A stretch of 64,000 bases of DNA, taken from Opitutales bacterium. Lineage in GTDB: Bacteria > Verrucomicrobiota > Verrucomicrobiia > Opitutales > PNEW01. The notes beneath the pieces were generated by a model. It ran no database searches. It had not been told where the DNA came from and saw only the letters and a list, made by a program, of their open reading frames with translations. The stretch is taken from the NCBI GenBank assembly GCA_965197745.1, contig CBDANS010000007.1:2048001-2112000 (forward strand). Reading direction: 5' to 3'. Positions 9,197 to 18,802 of the stretch are shown here, piece by piece. The position numbers and the translations under genes are program-made. Every line of letters starts with the position of its first letter. Position 1 is the stretch's first letter.

Positions 9197-10349
9197 TCAG
9201 CTTTCCACACCAAAGAACCCGTACCCTGGCTTCACATGCGCCCGCGCGACTTCATCGTTCAACTCGATGCCGAGTCCGGGACCGGTGGGGACAACGAACC
9301 TACCCTCCTGAATCAGCGGTTCCGGGGAGCTTACCAGGTTCCACCGCCAGGGAACCTGGTCCCAGTGGTAGGGCAGTTCCATGGTGTGAAGATTGCGGAC
9401 CGATGCGCATACATGCGCCGAGGCGGCCATACCGAGCGGGGATGTGATATTGTGTGCCGCGAAGGGCATTGTAGTAGAGGTCCGCCAGATCCGCAATTTT
9501 CTTGGCCTCTAGCATCCCGCCCGTGGCCGAGACATCCACATGCAGCATGTCGCATGCCTGCTCCTGAATAAGCCGCCGAAATCCATCCCGGCGATGTACC
9601 CATTCTCCGGTGCATATCGGTATGGATGTTGGGGCGGTGACTTTCCCCATGGCCTCGATATTTTCCGGTGGTACCGGATCCTCCAGGAACATCAGGTTGA
9701 ACGGCTTCAAACATCCGGCCAGAAGTGCGGCATCTCGGACGTTATACAACCCGTGACAGTCGATGCAGATATCGACCCCGTCCCCAACCTCCTCACGCAC
9801 GGCGGCTACCAGCGCGGTCATTTTATCCAATTCCGCCAGACTCAATCCCCGATTTACCGAATCGTGGCTGTATTCATCTGCGGCATGGTCGATATCGAAC
9901 TTGATAGCTTGATACCCGTCCGCCACACCCTCACGGGCGCGCGCCGCCCATGTTTCTGGAGTATTGACACCGTCACGGCCCTGTCCCACGTCCGCATACA
10001 TCCGGATGCTATCCCGGTATTTCCCACCCAGGAGCTGATAGACCGGAACGCCAATTGCCTTGCCGGCAATATCCCATAACGCCGTCTCTACCCCTCCGAT
10101 GGCGCCTAGCATAATCCCGGCGGTAGATTGGCCGATGGTCTTGGCCACCATGTGAGTATAGAGCGGTTCTACGTTCAGCGGGTCTTTGCCCAGAATCAGT
10201 GGCTTCAGCCGTTTGACCACTGCATCATTGATACCCTCGCCGGGATGCGCCTCCCCGATGCCGGTAACGCCTGCATCCGTCTGGATGCGTACATAATTCC
10301 AGTCCTTGTAACCCTTGAGTGTGGTCGTTTGTAGATCTGTGATGATCAT
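9197..10349 (-). pseudogene. Mandelate racemase/muconate-lactonizing (enolase superfamily) enzyme with a +1 frameshift
   Basis: ETALWDIAGK, KFD, IDCH, EDP and TGE motifs; an extra base near 9470 separates ...ADLYY from MPFAAHN...PTGPGLGIELN. Confidence 0.85.
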
Positions 10350-10694
10350 CTTTCAAGTCCTCTTATTGCAGCTCTTTAAGCCTCAGTGATGACCTGCTCA
10401 TCCCACAGATTTGCTGTATCCACCCTTCCATTTTCTATGACGGATTTTCTACCTTTGTGGGGTTAGACTTAATGTCAACATCTTCCAAGGTATATATCGT
10501 CGCGATATTATTGTGTTTAAGTTTTGCAGCTACCTCTGTTTCTCGCGAAGTGCAGTGTCCATGAGTTTTACAGCTTACTGCAGTAGACATCCTTGTAAAA
10601 GAGATACGGGTCGACGCAGAATAAAACTGGTTTACAAACTGGTTGATAAGGCGTACATTTTCCGTATGAAGTCAGAATAAAAAGGGGTCAGGCT

Positions 10695-12268
10695 GGAATG
10701 GCGTTAAGATAAGGGATAGAATGAGTGCAATAGATGCTTGTACAGGGACCGTTGGAGAGCTACCCTAACGAGCATGCAAAAACAAAACTTAACTCGTTAT
10801 TTTCCAGGATTTAATCAGGTCCTGTTCGGTCGTGCTCCCCGAACAGCCCTTGCACGGATGGAGGGTAAGCTGGTAGAAATACGGCGGTCAAGTCTTTCCG
10901 AGCTATCGGATATCTTCGGGCAGTGGGTGCCGCAAAAGTATTTACACCGGAAGCCTCGAGGGGCTAACAGCCGGCGGAGATTGTTCAGCCAAAACGTGAC
11001 CTTCTGGGCATTTTTGTTCCAAGTGCTCTCACCACGGACTGCCTGCCGGGAAGTGGTGCGCAAGCTCCAGAGCTATTGCAGCATGAAGGGGCTGAAGTTG
11101 GCTAAAGGAACGGCCTCGGCCTACTGTCAGGCGAGGCAACGGCTGTTGGTGCAAGACCTGCACGGGATCCATGAAGCGATCAGTGAAGAGGTGGCCGGGA
11201 GAGTGACCGACGATCAACGGTGGAAAGGTCACGAGGTAAAAGTGGTCGACGGCACGGGTATCGCCACCGCCGATACGCCGTGCTTGCAGAGGTGTTACCC
11301 ACAGCCTTCGCAGCAACGAAGCGGCTGCGGCTTTCCGGTGATGAAGCTGGTGGGCTGTTTTTCTTTAGCCAGTGGGGCGCTTTTACACTGGATGGAGTCC
11401 TCACTAAGGCATCATGACAGTGTGCTGTTGCGGGGCATGATCGGATTTTTTCAAAAGGGTGATGTGGTCCTTGCCGACCGGGGATTTTGCTCTTACCTCA
11501 ATATTGCCCTGCTTAAAGGCCGCGGTGCTGAAGCGGTCATGCGTTTGCATCAGCAACGAAGAAGCGACTTTCGTCAGGGCAGGTCCTTGGGTAGGTATGA
11601 CCGGCTGATCATGTGGAAGAAGCCGCAAAATGTCTTCGGCTTCAGTCGCGAGCAGTGGCGGCAAATCCCTGATGAGATCCCCGTACGGCTGGTGAAGATT
11701 TTCATTTTCATCAAAGGTTTCCGCGCCCATAGCGTAGACCTCGTGACTACCTTGAGCGATCCTCACCAATACTCCCACCACGATCTCGGAGAATTATACT
11801 ATCGGCGCTGGGCAGTGGAGCTTTACTTTCGCCACATCAAAACCACCATGGGGATGGAGATCCTGCGCTCTCGCTCGGTCGCTCTCGTGCGCAAAGAGAT
11901 TGCGATGTTTGCCATCGCCTACAATCTCTCATCCGCGCTCTTTTGCAGCAGCTGCCAGTGCCTTCCACCGCGACCTCTCCCGGCTAAGCTTCAAGGGGGC
12001 TGTTGACACCCTCCGCCAATATCAAAGTGCGCTCGCGGCCACCCGGTTTAATCCCAGAGCCCAACGATCTGTCATTGACGAGATGATACACCTCATTGCC
12101 CTCGAATCGGTCCCCCTACGTCCCTTCCGATACGAACCAAGAGTCCTCAAACGTAGACCTATACCTTTCCAACGATTGACTCATCCACGAGCCATGATGA
12201 CCGTCTCTGCTTCACGAAAAAACAAAGGCTTTTATCATCCTAAACCACCCTTATCTTAACGCCATTCG
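10695..12268 (+). mobile_element. IS4-family insertion sequence
   Basis: 20-bp perfect IR GAATGGCGTTAAGATAAGGG; target duplication GGTCAGGCT at 10686-10694 and 12269-12277 (9-10 bp). Confidence 0.93.
10774..12259 (+). pseudogene. IS4 DDE transposase with frameshifts near 11925-11955
   Basis: VVDGT, LADRGF and YYRRWAVELYFRHIK (YREK) motifs; the C-terminal LSFKG...EPRVLKRRP lies in another frame. Confidence 0.88.
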
Positions 12269-12330
12269 GGTCAGGCTTCGCATCTAAGCATTTTTATTTT
12301 TTTGCTGATTTGCGAAGCCTGACCCCTTTT
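12269..12330. repeat. GGGGTCAG palindromic repeat (the IS4-interrupted copy)
   Basis: Near-identical to 12964-13030; its left end is at 10681-10694. Confidence 0.85.
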
Positions 12331-12354
12331 CCACCGTGTGCTGATTTGCACCGG

Positions 12355-12822
12355 CTAATGGTCCAGCGGTGGTCCCACTATCTCCATATTGTACTTCTCA
12401 GCTAAGGCATTGGCCTTGGCAACGTAAGCCTCTGTGTCCGTAACATCCAGATCAAAAGCTTCATCAAAGAACTGCTCAAATCCTGGTGGAGAAAAGATGA
12501 CGAGGAACTTGGCGGGCTCCTGCCCGACTCGAGAAAAAGCGTGAACCGTTCCCCTGGGGACGAGTACAAAAGAACCCGCCGTTGCCTTAATAGTACGTTC
12601 ACCCAACAGGATATTAATCTCTCCCTCCAAGACATAGAAGGCTTCATCCTCGGTTTTGTGTATGTGTTGTGGCGGTCCGTCACCAAGTAGCTCAATTTCC
12701 AACAGTGAATACCCGCCATCAGTGTCCGCACCAACCACCTTATGCGTTACCTGGTGACCTGGCACTGGAACTATCTTGCCCTCTCCTGGGCCAAGTAAGA
12801 TATTTTCATTGTTATTAGACAT
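12355..12822 (-). CDS. Cupin domain protein (quercetin 2,3-dioxygenase-like)
   Basis: GPPQHIHKTEDEAFYVLEG and PRGTVHAF cupin motifs; RBS GGAAAGGAG. Confidence 0.88.
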   Translation of the reverse strand: MSNNNENILLGPGEGKIVPVPGHQVTHKVVGADTDGGYSLLEIELLGDGPPQHIHKTEDEAFYVLEGEINILLGERTIKATAGSFVLVPRGTVHAFSRVGQEPAKFLVIFSPPGFEQFFDEAFDLDVTDTEAYVAKANALAEKYNMEIVGPPLDH

Positions 12823-12963
12823 GACTTGCTCTCCTTTCCTCGTGGACCTCCGTTCGTTGTTTTCCGTGCTTCATATCATTAGTTTAGCTAACAGGCTTTT
12901 AGCGAGGCGTAAATACTTGAAGATGTGTTTTGATTGCAAGATTTCAATAGAGAATCAATTTCT

Positions 12964-13030
12964 AAAGGGGTCAGGCTTCGCATCTAAGCATTTTTATTTT
13001 TTTGCTGATTTGCGAGGCCTGACTCCTTTT
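12964..13030. repeat. GGGGTCAG palindromic repeat (intact copy)
   Basis: AAAGGGGTCAGGCTTCGCA...TGCGAGGCCTGACTCCTTTT. Confidence 0.85.
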
Positions 13031-13159
13031 GGTTTTTCCAATAAGCTTTTGATATAAAATTGTTTGCTTGAAATTTACGTTCCAAATTAATAGGCGCAAT
13101 GTTCTTGAATTACGCGCGGCTCCTGTCTATTGCTCTGTAATCTCAAAAAGGGATCACAC

Positions 13160-15382
13160 ATGAATAATAAATTACTGAGCACCGTAATTTTATTGATTGG
13201 ATTAACGGTGTTTTTATCCGCACAACCTGAATCACTGAATACATTTTTTGATTTTGAAGATGATACAGCGACAGGGACTGATTTCACTCTGGGCGTTGCC
13301 CCTTTTACTATCAGGGTTATAGGGTTTACCCTGGAAACGGTGGACAACCCGGCCCTCGCTCATTCAGGAAACAAAGCGTTGGTTCTTGAAGCGGGTCAGG
13401 AAGGGAAAATTATTTTTGAAAGAGGTGTCAATTTACTCCAGTTTTATACTGCTGAAACTACCGGTGGTGGCCGATTAGAGCTTAGAGATATAATTCGACG
13501 AACTTTAAGGATGAATGGAGTTGTAAAAGGTCTCCCTGCTAACATCAGTCCCGGCGCTAATCCACCGCTTCAAAGTTTCGTCGCCTTCAGCGGGGATATT
13601 TTGGATGCTACTGATCTTACCTTTACGAGCGGTGTCATTGAAATTAAAATGATCAATGTAAATGAACGCGCTTCCATAGACGATCTTGGTTTTACCTATG
13701 TTGTTGGTCCACCCAACAATACCCTTTTTGAAAATTTCGAGGATGAGAGTATGAGGCCAGAATTTAATAGCCCACCTAATACGCATGTAAATTTCACTCT
13801 CGGTGTGCCTCCTTACACCGCGTCTTTTACCGGGGGCATTGCGTCCAACTCAGGGGGACAATTTTTTAATCATACTATTCCCGGCGGCGCAGTCTGGAGA
13901 GTTGAGGATTCATCTTTTGTGGGCGGGGATGGCATAGGAATTATTAATTTTGAGACCCCAGTCGCTAATCTAGAATTTTACGCTGCAGTGTTCCTTGAGG
14001 AAGATGGAGAAATTCAAATTTTCGACACTAATGATAACCTGCTCACTTCAACCCAAAATATACCCCTTAATATTAGTCACTTATTTGATTCACCCTTTGA
14101 TTATTTTTCTTTTAATGCTGCAGAATTAGGAGCTCTCGAGGGAATTGGGAAATTACATTATCTCAACTTGGATAAAGTCTCTTTCCAAGGAAACGTTCTG
14201 CATAATGTTATTGATGATTTTGGATTTACCCCAGTCGGTGCTCCTGGAAGTGGTTCCGAGGGCCCGCCCCCGTTAACTGGTCCTACTATTACGACCCAGC
14301 CCGCGAGCCAGGAAGTGCAGTCAGGCTCAGCCATTGTATTATCGGTTGTCGCCAGCGGTGACGATCTTACTTACCAGTGGTTTACCGGCAACAGCGGTGA
14401 CACCGCTGCTCCAGTCACCGGTGCGACTGGAAGCACGCTGGACACGGGCGCTCTCAACGTAAGTACAAATTACTGGGTGCAGATTACAAACGCTGGAGGC
14501 ACCGCTGACAGCGATACCGCGGTCGTCACGGTCGCGGCCCCCTCCGTGCCTCTTGTCCTCGACGGCATGGGTGATATTGCCGGTGAAAACATCCAGCATC
14601 CTAATGGCAATGTCTTCGACCAGATTTTACTCACGGGTGAATCCATACAACTGCAGGCCAGACCGGGACAGATTACAAGGGTCTCCTTCATGGATGAGAC
14701 CGAAGACATTGTTCAGGTTGAATTCTCTGGCGCAGGGACCTTTACCGTTACCCTGGACCCTGCCACTTTCCTGCCCCCGGCCATCCCCCCACGCTACAAC
14801 CAGGCAGTTGAGTATGTGACGGGTAAACCGGGCGTGGTCATCGACGGAGCTGACTCCAGTACCTTTTTCAGTATCTTCACCGTGGGTTCAATCAACGCCG
14901 TGAACCAGGCGCTCTTCCCCGAAGGACAGGTCTATGATGCCCAGGCAGACGTGACCCTCGTTGAAGTGGTCAATTCCACGGGGATAGGAGGAATGCAGTT
15001 ATCGAACACCGTGTTCAGTGGAAGTACGGGTAAAGTTGGCGTGGATGCGAGAGGGGTCCCGATCGCGGTACGGCTTACGGTAGGTGACATCGATGCCAGT
15101 GGGGATGCGGTACCGAATCTGTTATTTGGATCGGGTTCATTTACGGTGCCCGCAGGCAACCCCGGGTTACGCATCACTGGAGGAGACCTGGCACAGACAA
15201 ACGGAGCTTCAGTAGTGGTCGCTGAGAGCGGATCAACGACACCCGGGTTTGAAACCTTGATTACGCAGAACAACTTCAAGTCCGACAACACGCCTCAACC
15301 GACACAAAATATTGCTGCGACCTTCGCCAATGAGAATGGTGATGCGATTACGGTTACGACCGAAGAGTTGACGATCGAATGA
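13160..15382 (+). CDS. Secreted/surface protein, paralog 1: signal peptide, two related beta-rich domains, Pro linker, Ig-like domain and conserved C-terminal domain
   Basis: Signal peptide; repeated IDD(L/F)GFT domain ends; PTITTQP...LTYQW...YWVQITN Ig motif; tail shared with the next two genes. Confidence 0.8.
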   Translation: MNNKLLSTVILLIGLTVFLSAQPESLNTFFDFEDDTATGTDFTLGVAPFTIRVIGFTLETVDNPALAHSGNKALVLEAGQEGKIIFERGVNLLQFYTAETTGGGRLELRDIIRRTLRMNGVVKGLPANISPGANPPLQSFVAFSGDILDATDLTFTSGVIEIKMINVNERASIDDLGFTYVVGPPNNTLFENFEDESMRPEFNSPPNTHVNFTLGVPPYTASFTGGIASNSGGQFFNHTIPGGAVWRVEDSSFVGGDGIGIINFETPVANLEFYAAVFLEEDGEIQIFDTNDNLLTSTQNIPLNISHLFDSPFDYFSFNAAELGALEGIGKLHYLNLDKVSFQGNVLHNVIDDFGFTPVGAPGSGSEGPPPLTGPTITTQPASQEVQSGSAIVLSVVASGDDLTYQWFTGNSGDTAAPVTGATGSTLDTGALNVSTNYWVQITNAGGTADSDTAVVTVAAPSVPLVLDGMGDIAGENIQHPNGNVFDQILLTGESIQLQARPGQITRVSFMDETEDIVQVEFSGAGTFTVTLDPATFLPPAIPPRYNQAVEYVTGKPGVVIDGADSSTFFSIFTVGSINAVNQALFPEGQVYDAQADVTLVEVVNSTGIGGMQLSNTVFSGSTGKVGVDARGVPIAVRLTVGDIDASGDAVPNLLFGSGSFTVPAGNPGLRITGGDLAQTNGASVVVAESGSTTPGFETLITQNNFKSDNTPQPTQNIAATFANENGDAITVTTEELTIE

Positions 15383-15420
15383 TCTCTTCGAGAAGTGTTA
15401 AGTTTGAAGTGTTAGGTATT

Positions 15421-15528
15421 AGGTGGAACGGGCTGCCTGCCAGCCATAGCCTTGACGTAGGTTGGTCCCTAGCACGCTTCTTTACTTATGGACATTCTCA
15501 AACGCGGTAGGGACACTGCGTTCCACCT
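15421..15528. repeat. AGGTGGA(A/G)CGGGCTG...CGTTCCACCT REP-doublet-like repeat with a nested insert
   Basis: Copies at 18056-18195, 21083-21160 and 28880-28955; partial copies at about 18631-18695, 23720-23775, 31110-31157 and 32192-32261. Confidence 0.8.
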
Positions 15529-15787
15529 TTTATGTAATATTAAAAGCGACTATATACTGATGCCTCTAAACGGTGAACCTTGAACCGTGAACCTTCTTCC
15601 CAACACGCGCGTTAGCGCTCTTCCCTTTTTGACTTTATGACATTTTGACCCGCGCCTCACCCCGCTTCACCTAAAACCAAACAGAGCTACTGCATTTTAC
15701 TGTTTACTTGTCACTGGTCACTGTTCACTACAATCTCCCTATCTTCTATTTCAATCTCATACATTTAACGCCAATAAAAAGCTCACC

Positions 15788-18016
15788 ATGTTATTAAAAA
15801 AATCGCTGGCCTTCTACATTGGCTCACTCTTATCCCCCATTCTTCTCATCGCTCTGCCTCAAGACCTGGAGATATTTACCGATTTTGAAAATGTAAGCGG
15901 TGAAGGGACTATCTTCATCGGTGAAGAGCCAAATGTAATAACACTGGTTGGTTTCACGGTGGAAACTTTAGAAGATCCGGCACAATTACACTCGGGAACA
16001 AAAGCTCTAACTTTGGGGCCTGGACAGGAGGGAAGATTAATTTCCTCAAGAGGAATACAATTTATTGAATTTTATGCAGGTGAAACGACAGGAGCGGGTA
16101 AATTCGAGATAAGAGGAGAAGTGAATACCGCTCAACAGGGAGGCCAAGCGGATACAAGTGTTGTTACTATCATCGCCGAAGATGGGGTTATCGAAGGATT
16201 GCCGGCAAATATCAACCCCGGCGCCAATCCACCTCTCTACAGCTATGTCGCACATACCAATAGTTTTTTTGATGATGAAGATTTAAATTTCCTTTCAGGA
16301 ATTAAAGAAGTTAAATTTCTAAATGTTACGGGGAAACTCGTGATCGATGACCTGGGATTCACCCTGACTGACTTTCCCTCAAACAATACTGTTTACGAGA
16401 GTTTTGATACCTTTGGTCCGGGTGCAGGGCAGTCAGAAGCCTTGGTCATTGGGACGGCGCCCCATACTGCGACCTTGGAAGGAGGACTCATTTTGGTTGA
16501 ATTTTCAGATGGTCTCCAATACACGCGCTCCTCTCCTACTGCATATGGATTATTTAATGGGGAGGAAGCAACCATCACTTTTGAAACCCCGGCTTATGAA
16601 ATTGATACATTCGCCTCTCAGAGTACGGCACCCAAAGAGGGCATCAATCCCGATGGCTTTATCGATGTCTATGATACAAACGACAACTTACTCCTTACGA
16701 TTGATACATTAGAAGGCGATATTTCAGCTACATTCAAACCCGGTTTTATAACGATTAATGCAGTTGAATTAGGTGCTCCTGGGGGTATTGGAAAGATTGT
16801 TTTGAGAGATCATCCGACTGTCAATCCGGATGGTCATACATCCATCGACGATTTTGGTTATACTCCGATCGGAGCCCCGGGCACAGGTTCCGAGGGTCCC
16901 CCACCCGCTACTGCACCTTCGATCACCACCCAGCCGTCAAGTCAGGAGATCGCATCCGGCGCTTCGGCCAGCTTGTCCGTCACCGCCAGCGGTGACGATC
17001 TCACTTATCAGTGGTTTACCGGTAACAGCGGTGACAGCACTGCTCCGGTCACCGGTGCGACTAGCAGCACCCTGGACACGGGCGCTCTCAACGTAAGTAC
17101 AAATTACTGGGTGCAGATTACAAACGCTGGTGGTAGCGCTGACAGCGATACCGCGACCATCACCGTAGCCGCTCCCTCCGTCCCTCTCGTCCTCGACGGC
17201 TCGGGAGATATCGCCGGTGAAAACATTCAACACGCCAACGGCAATGTCTTCGACCAGATTTTACTCACCGGAGAGTCCGTCCAACTCCAGGCCAAACCGG
17301 GACAGATCACCCGCGTCTCCTTCATGGATGAAAACGAGGACATCGTGCAGGTTGAATTTTCAGGTAATGGGACCTTTACCGTAACTCTGGATCCGGCCAC
17401 CTTCCTCCCTCCGGCCATCCCTCCACGTTACAACCAGGCCGTTGAGTACGTGACCGGCAAACCGAGCGTGGTCATCGATGGAGCGGACGCCAATACCTTC
17501 TTCAGTATCTTCACCGTGGGTAGGATCAACGCCTTTAACCAGGCGCTGTTCCCCGAAGGACAGGTCTATGACGCGCAAGCGGACGTGACCCTCGTGGAAA
17601 TTGTAAATTCCACGGGCATGGGCGGCATACAACTGTCGAACACCGTGTTCAGTGGAAGCACCGGCAAGACCGGAATCGACGCGCGGGGGGTACCGATCGG
17701 GGTACGCTTAACGATTGGCGATATCGATGCCAGTGGCGATGCGGTACCGCACATATTGTTTGGCTCAGGCTCCTTCACCGTTCCAGCCGGCAACCCCGGG
17801 TTGCGTATCACCGGTGGCGACTTGTTACAGACGAACGGCGCCGCAGTGGTCGTCGCGGAAAGTGGATCGACGACGACCGGGTTTGATACCTTGATCACCC
17901 AGAACAATTTTAAATCCGACAACACACCTCAGCCGACACTGAGCATCGATGCCACCTTCGCCAATGAGGATGGCGATGCGATTACGGTTGTTCTCGAAGA
18001 GATCACGATCGAGTGA
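15788..18016 (+). CDS. Secreted/surface Ig-domain protein, paralog 2
   Basis: Same architecture as 13160-15382; near-identical C-terminal half. Confidence 0.8.
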   Translation: MLLKKSLAFYIGSLLSPILLIALPQDLEIFTDFENVSGEGTIFIGEEPNVITLVGFTVETLEDPAQLHSGTKALTLGPGQEGRLISSRGIQFIEFYAGETTGAGKFEIRGEVNTAQQGGQADTSVVTIIAEDGVIEGLPANINPGANPPLYSYVAHTNSFFDDEDLNFLSGIKEVKFLNVTGKLVIDDLGFTLTDFPSNNTVYESFDTFGPGAGQSEALVIGTAPHTATLEGGLILVEFSDGLQYTRSSPTAYGLFNGEEATITFETPAYEIDTFASQSTAPKEGINPDGFIDVYDTNDNLLLTIDTLEGDISATFKPGFITINAVELGAPGGIGKIVLRDHPTVNPDGHTSIDDFGYTPIGAPGTGSEGPPPATAPSITTQPSSQEIASGASASLSVTASGDDLTYQWFTGNSGDSTAPVTGATSSTLDTGALNVSTNYWVQITNAGGSADSDTATITVAAPSVPLVLDGSGDIAGENIQHANGNVFDQILLTGESVQLQAKPGQITRVSFMDENEDIVQVEFSGNGTFTVTLDPATFLPPAIPPRYNQAVEYVTGKPSVVIDGADANTFFSIFTVGRINAFNQALFPEGQVYDAQADVTLVEIVNSTGMGGIQLSNTVFSGSTGKTGIDARGVPIGVRLTIGDIDASGDAVPHILFGSGSFTVPAGNPGLRITGGDLLQTNGAAVVVAESGSTTTGFDTLITQNNFKSDNTPQPTLSIDATFANEDGDAITVVLEEITIE

Positions 18017-18274
18017 TCTCTTCGAGATGTGTTAGGTTTTAAGTTTTAGGTGTTAAGGTAGAGCGGGCTGCCTGACAGCTATAGTCCCGCCACCGCGGGA
18101 CGACGGCTGTTCCCAGCACACTTCTTTACTTGTGGCATTCTCAAACGCGGTAGGGACACGATTCGACTGAGCTCGTCGCAGGCTGCGTTCCACCCTTTAT
18201 GTCATGTTGTTCTTTTTAGTAAGGCATGAAGCTATAGGGCAATCCATTGCGGGTATGATGTTTTACTTCTATAT

Positions 18275-18403
18275 GTCATTGCGAGAAGCAACGCGACGAA
18301 GCAATCCAGGCGACTAACGTTATGTTACCGACATTCCCCTGGAATGGAAGATGTCGGACTTCGCTCTCGGTAGTCGCGGTCGGCTACGCCTTCTTCCAAT
18401 GAC
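18275..18403. repeat. GTCATTGCGAG...GAAGCAATCCAG-type palindromic repeat with a nested mini-element
   Basis: GTCATTG...CAATGAC ends; related copy at about 51198-51275. Confidence 0.65.
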
Positions 18404-18802
18404 AAGGTAAGATACAAAACGTAATCAGATTACATTTCACAATATGCGTAGACGGATCCAGCTCTCTTCACCAGTCACTGTTCACTGATCCCTGCCTGTC
18501 CTGAGTGCAGTCGATGGGAACCTTCTTCCCAACACTGGCGTTAGTGCTCTTCCCTTTTTGACTTTTTGACCCGCGTCTCACCCCGCTTCGCCTAAAACTA
18601 AACAGAGCTACTGCATTTTACTGTTCACTGATCCCCCACTGCGTTTGAGAATGTAGCAATAGAAAAAAGCGCGCTAGGGACACCCCGCTCCACCTAAAAC
18701 TTAACTGCATTTTACAGTTTACTGTTTACTGTTCACTGTTCACTTCTATCTCTCGATTTTATATTTCAATCACATCCATTTAACGCCTATAAAATACCCC
18801 CC

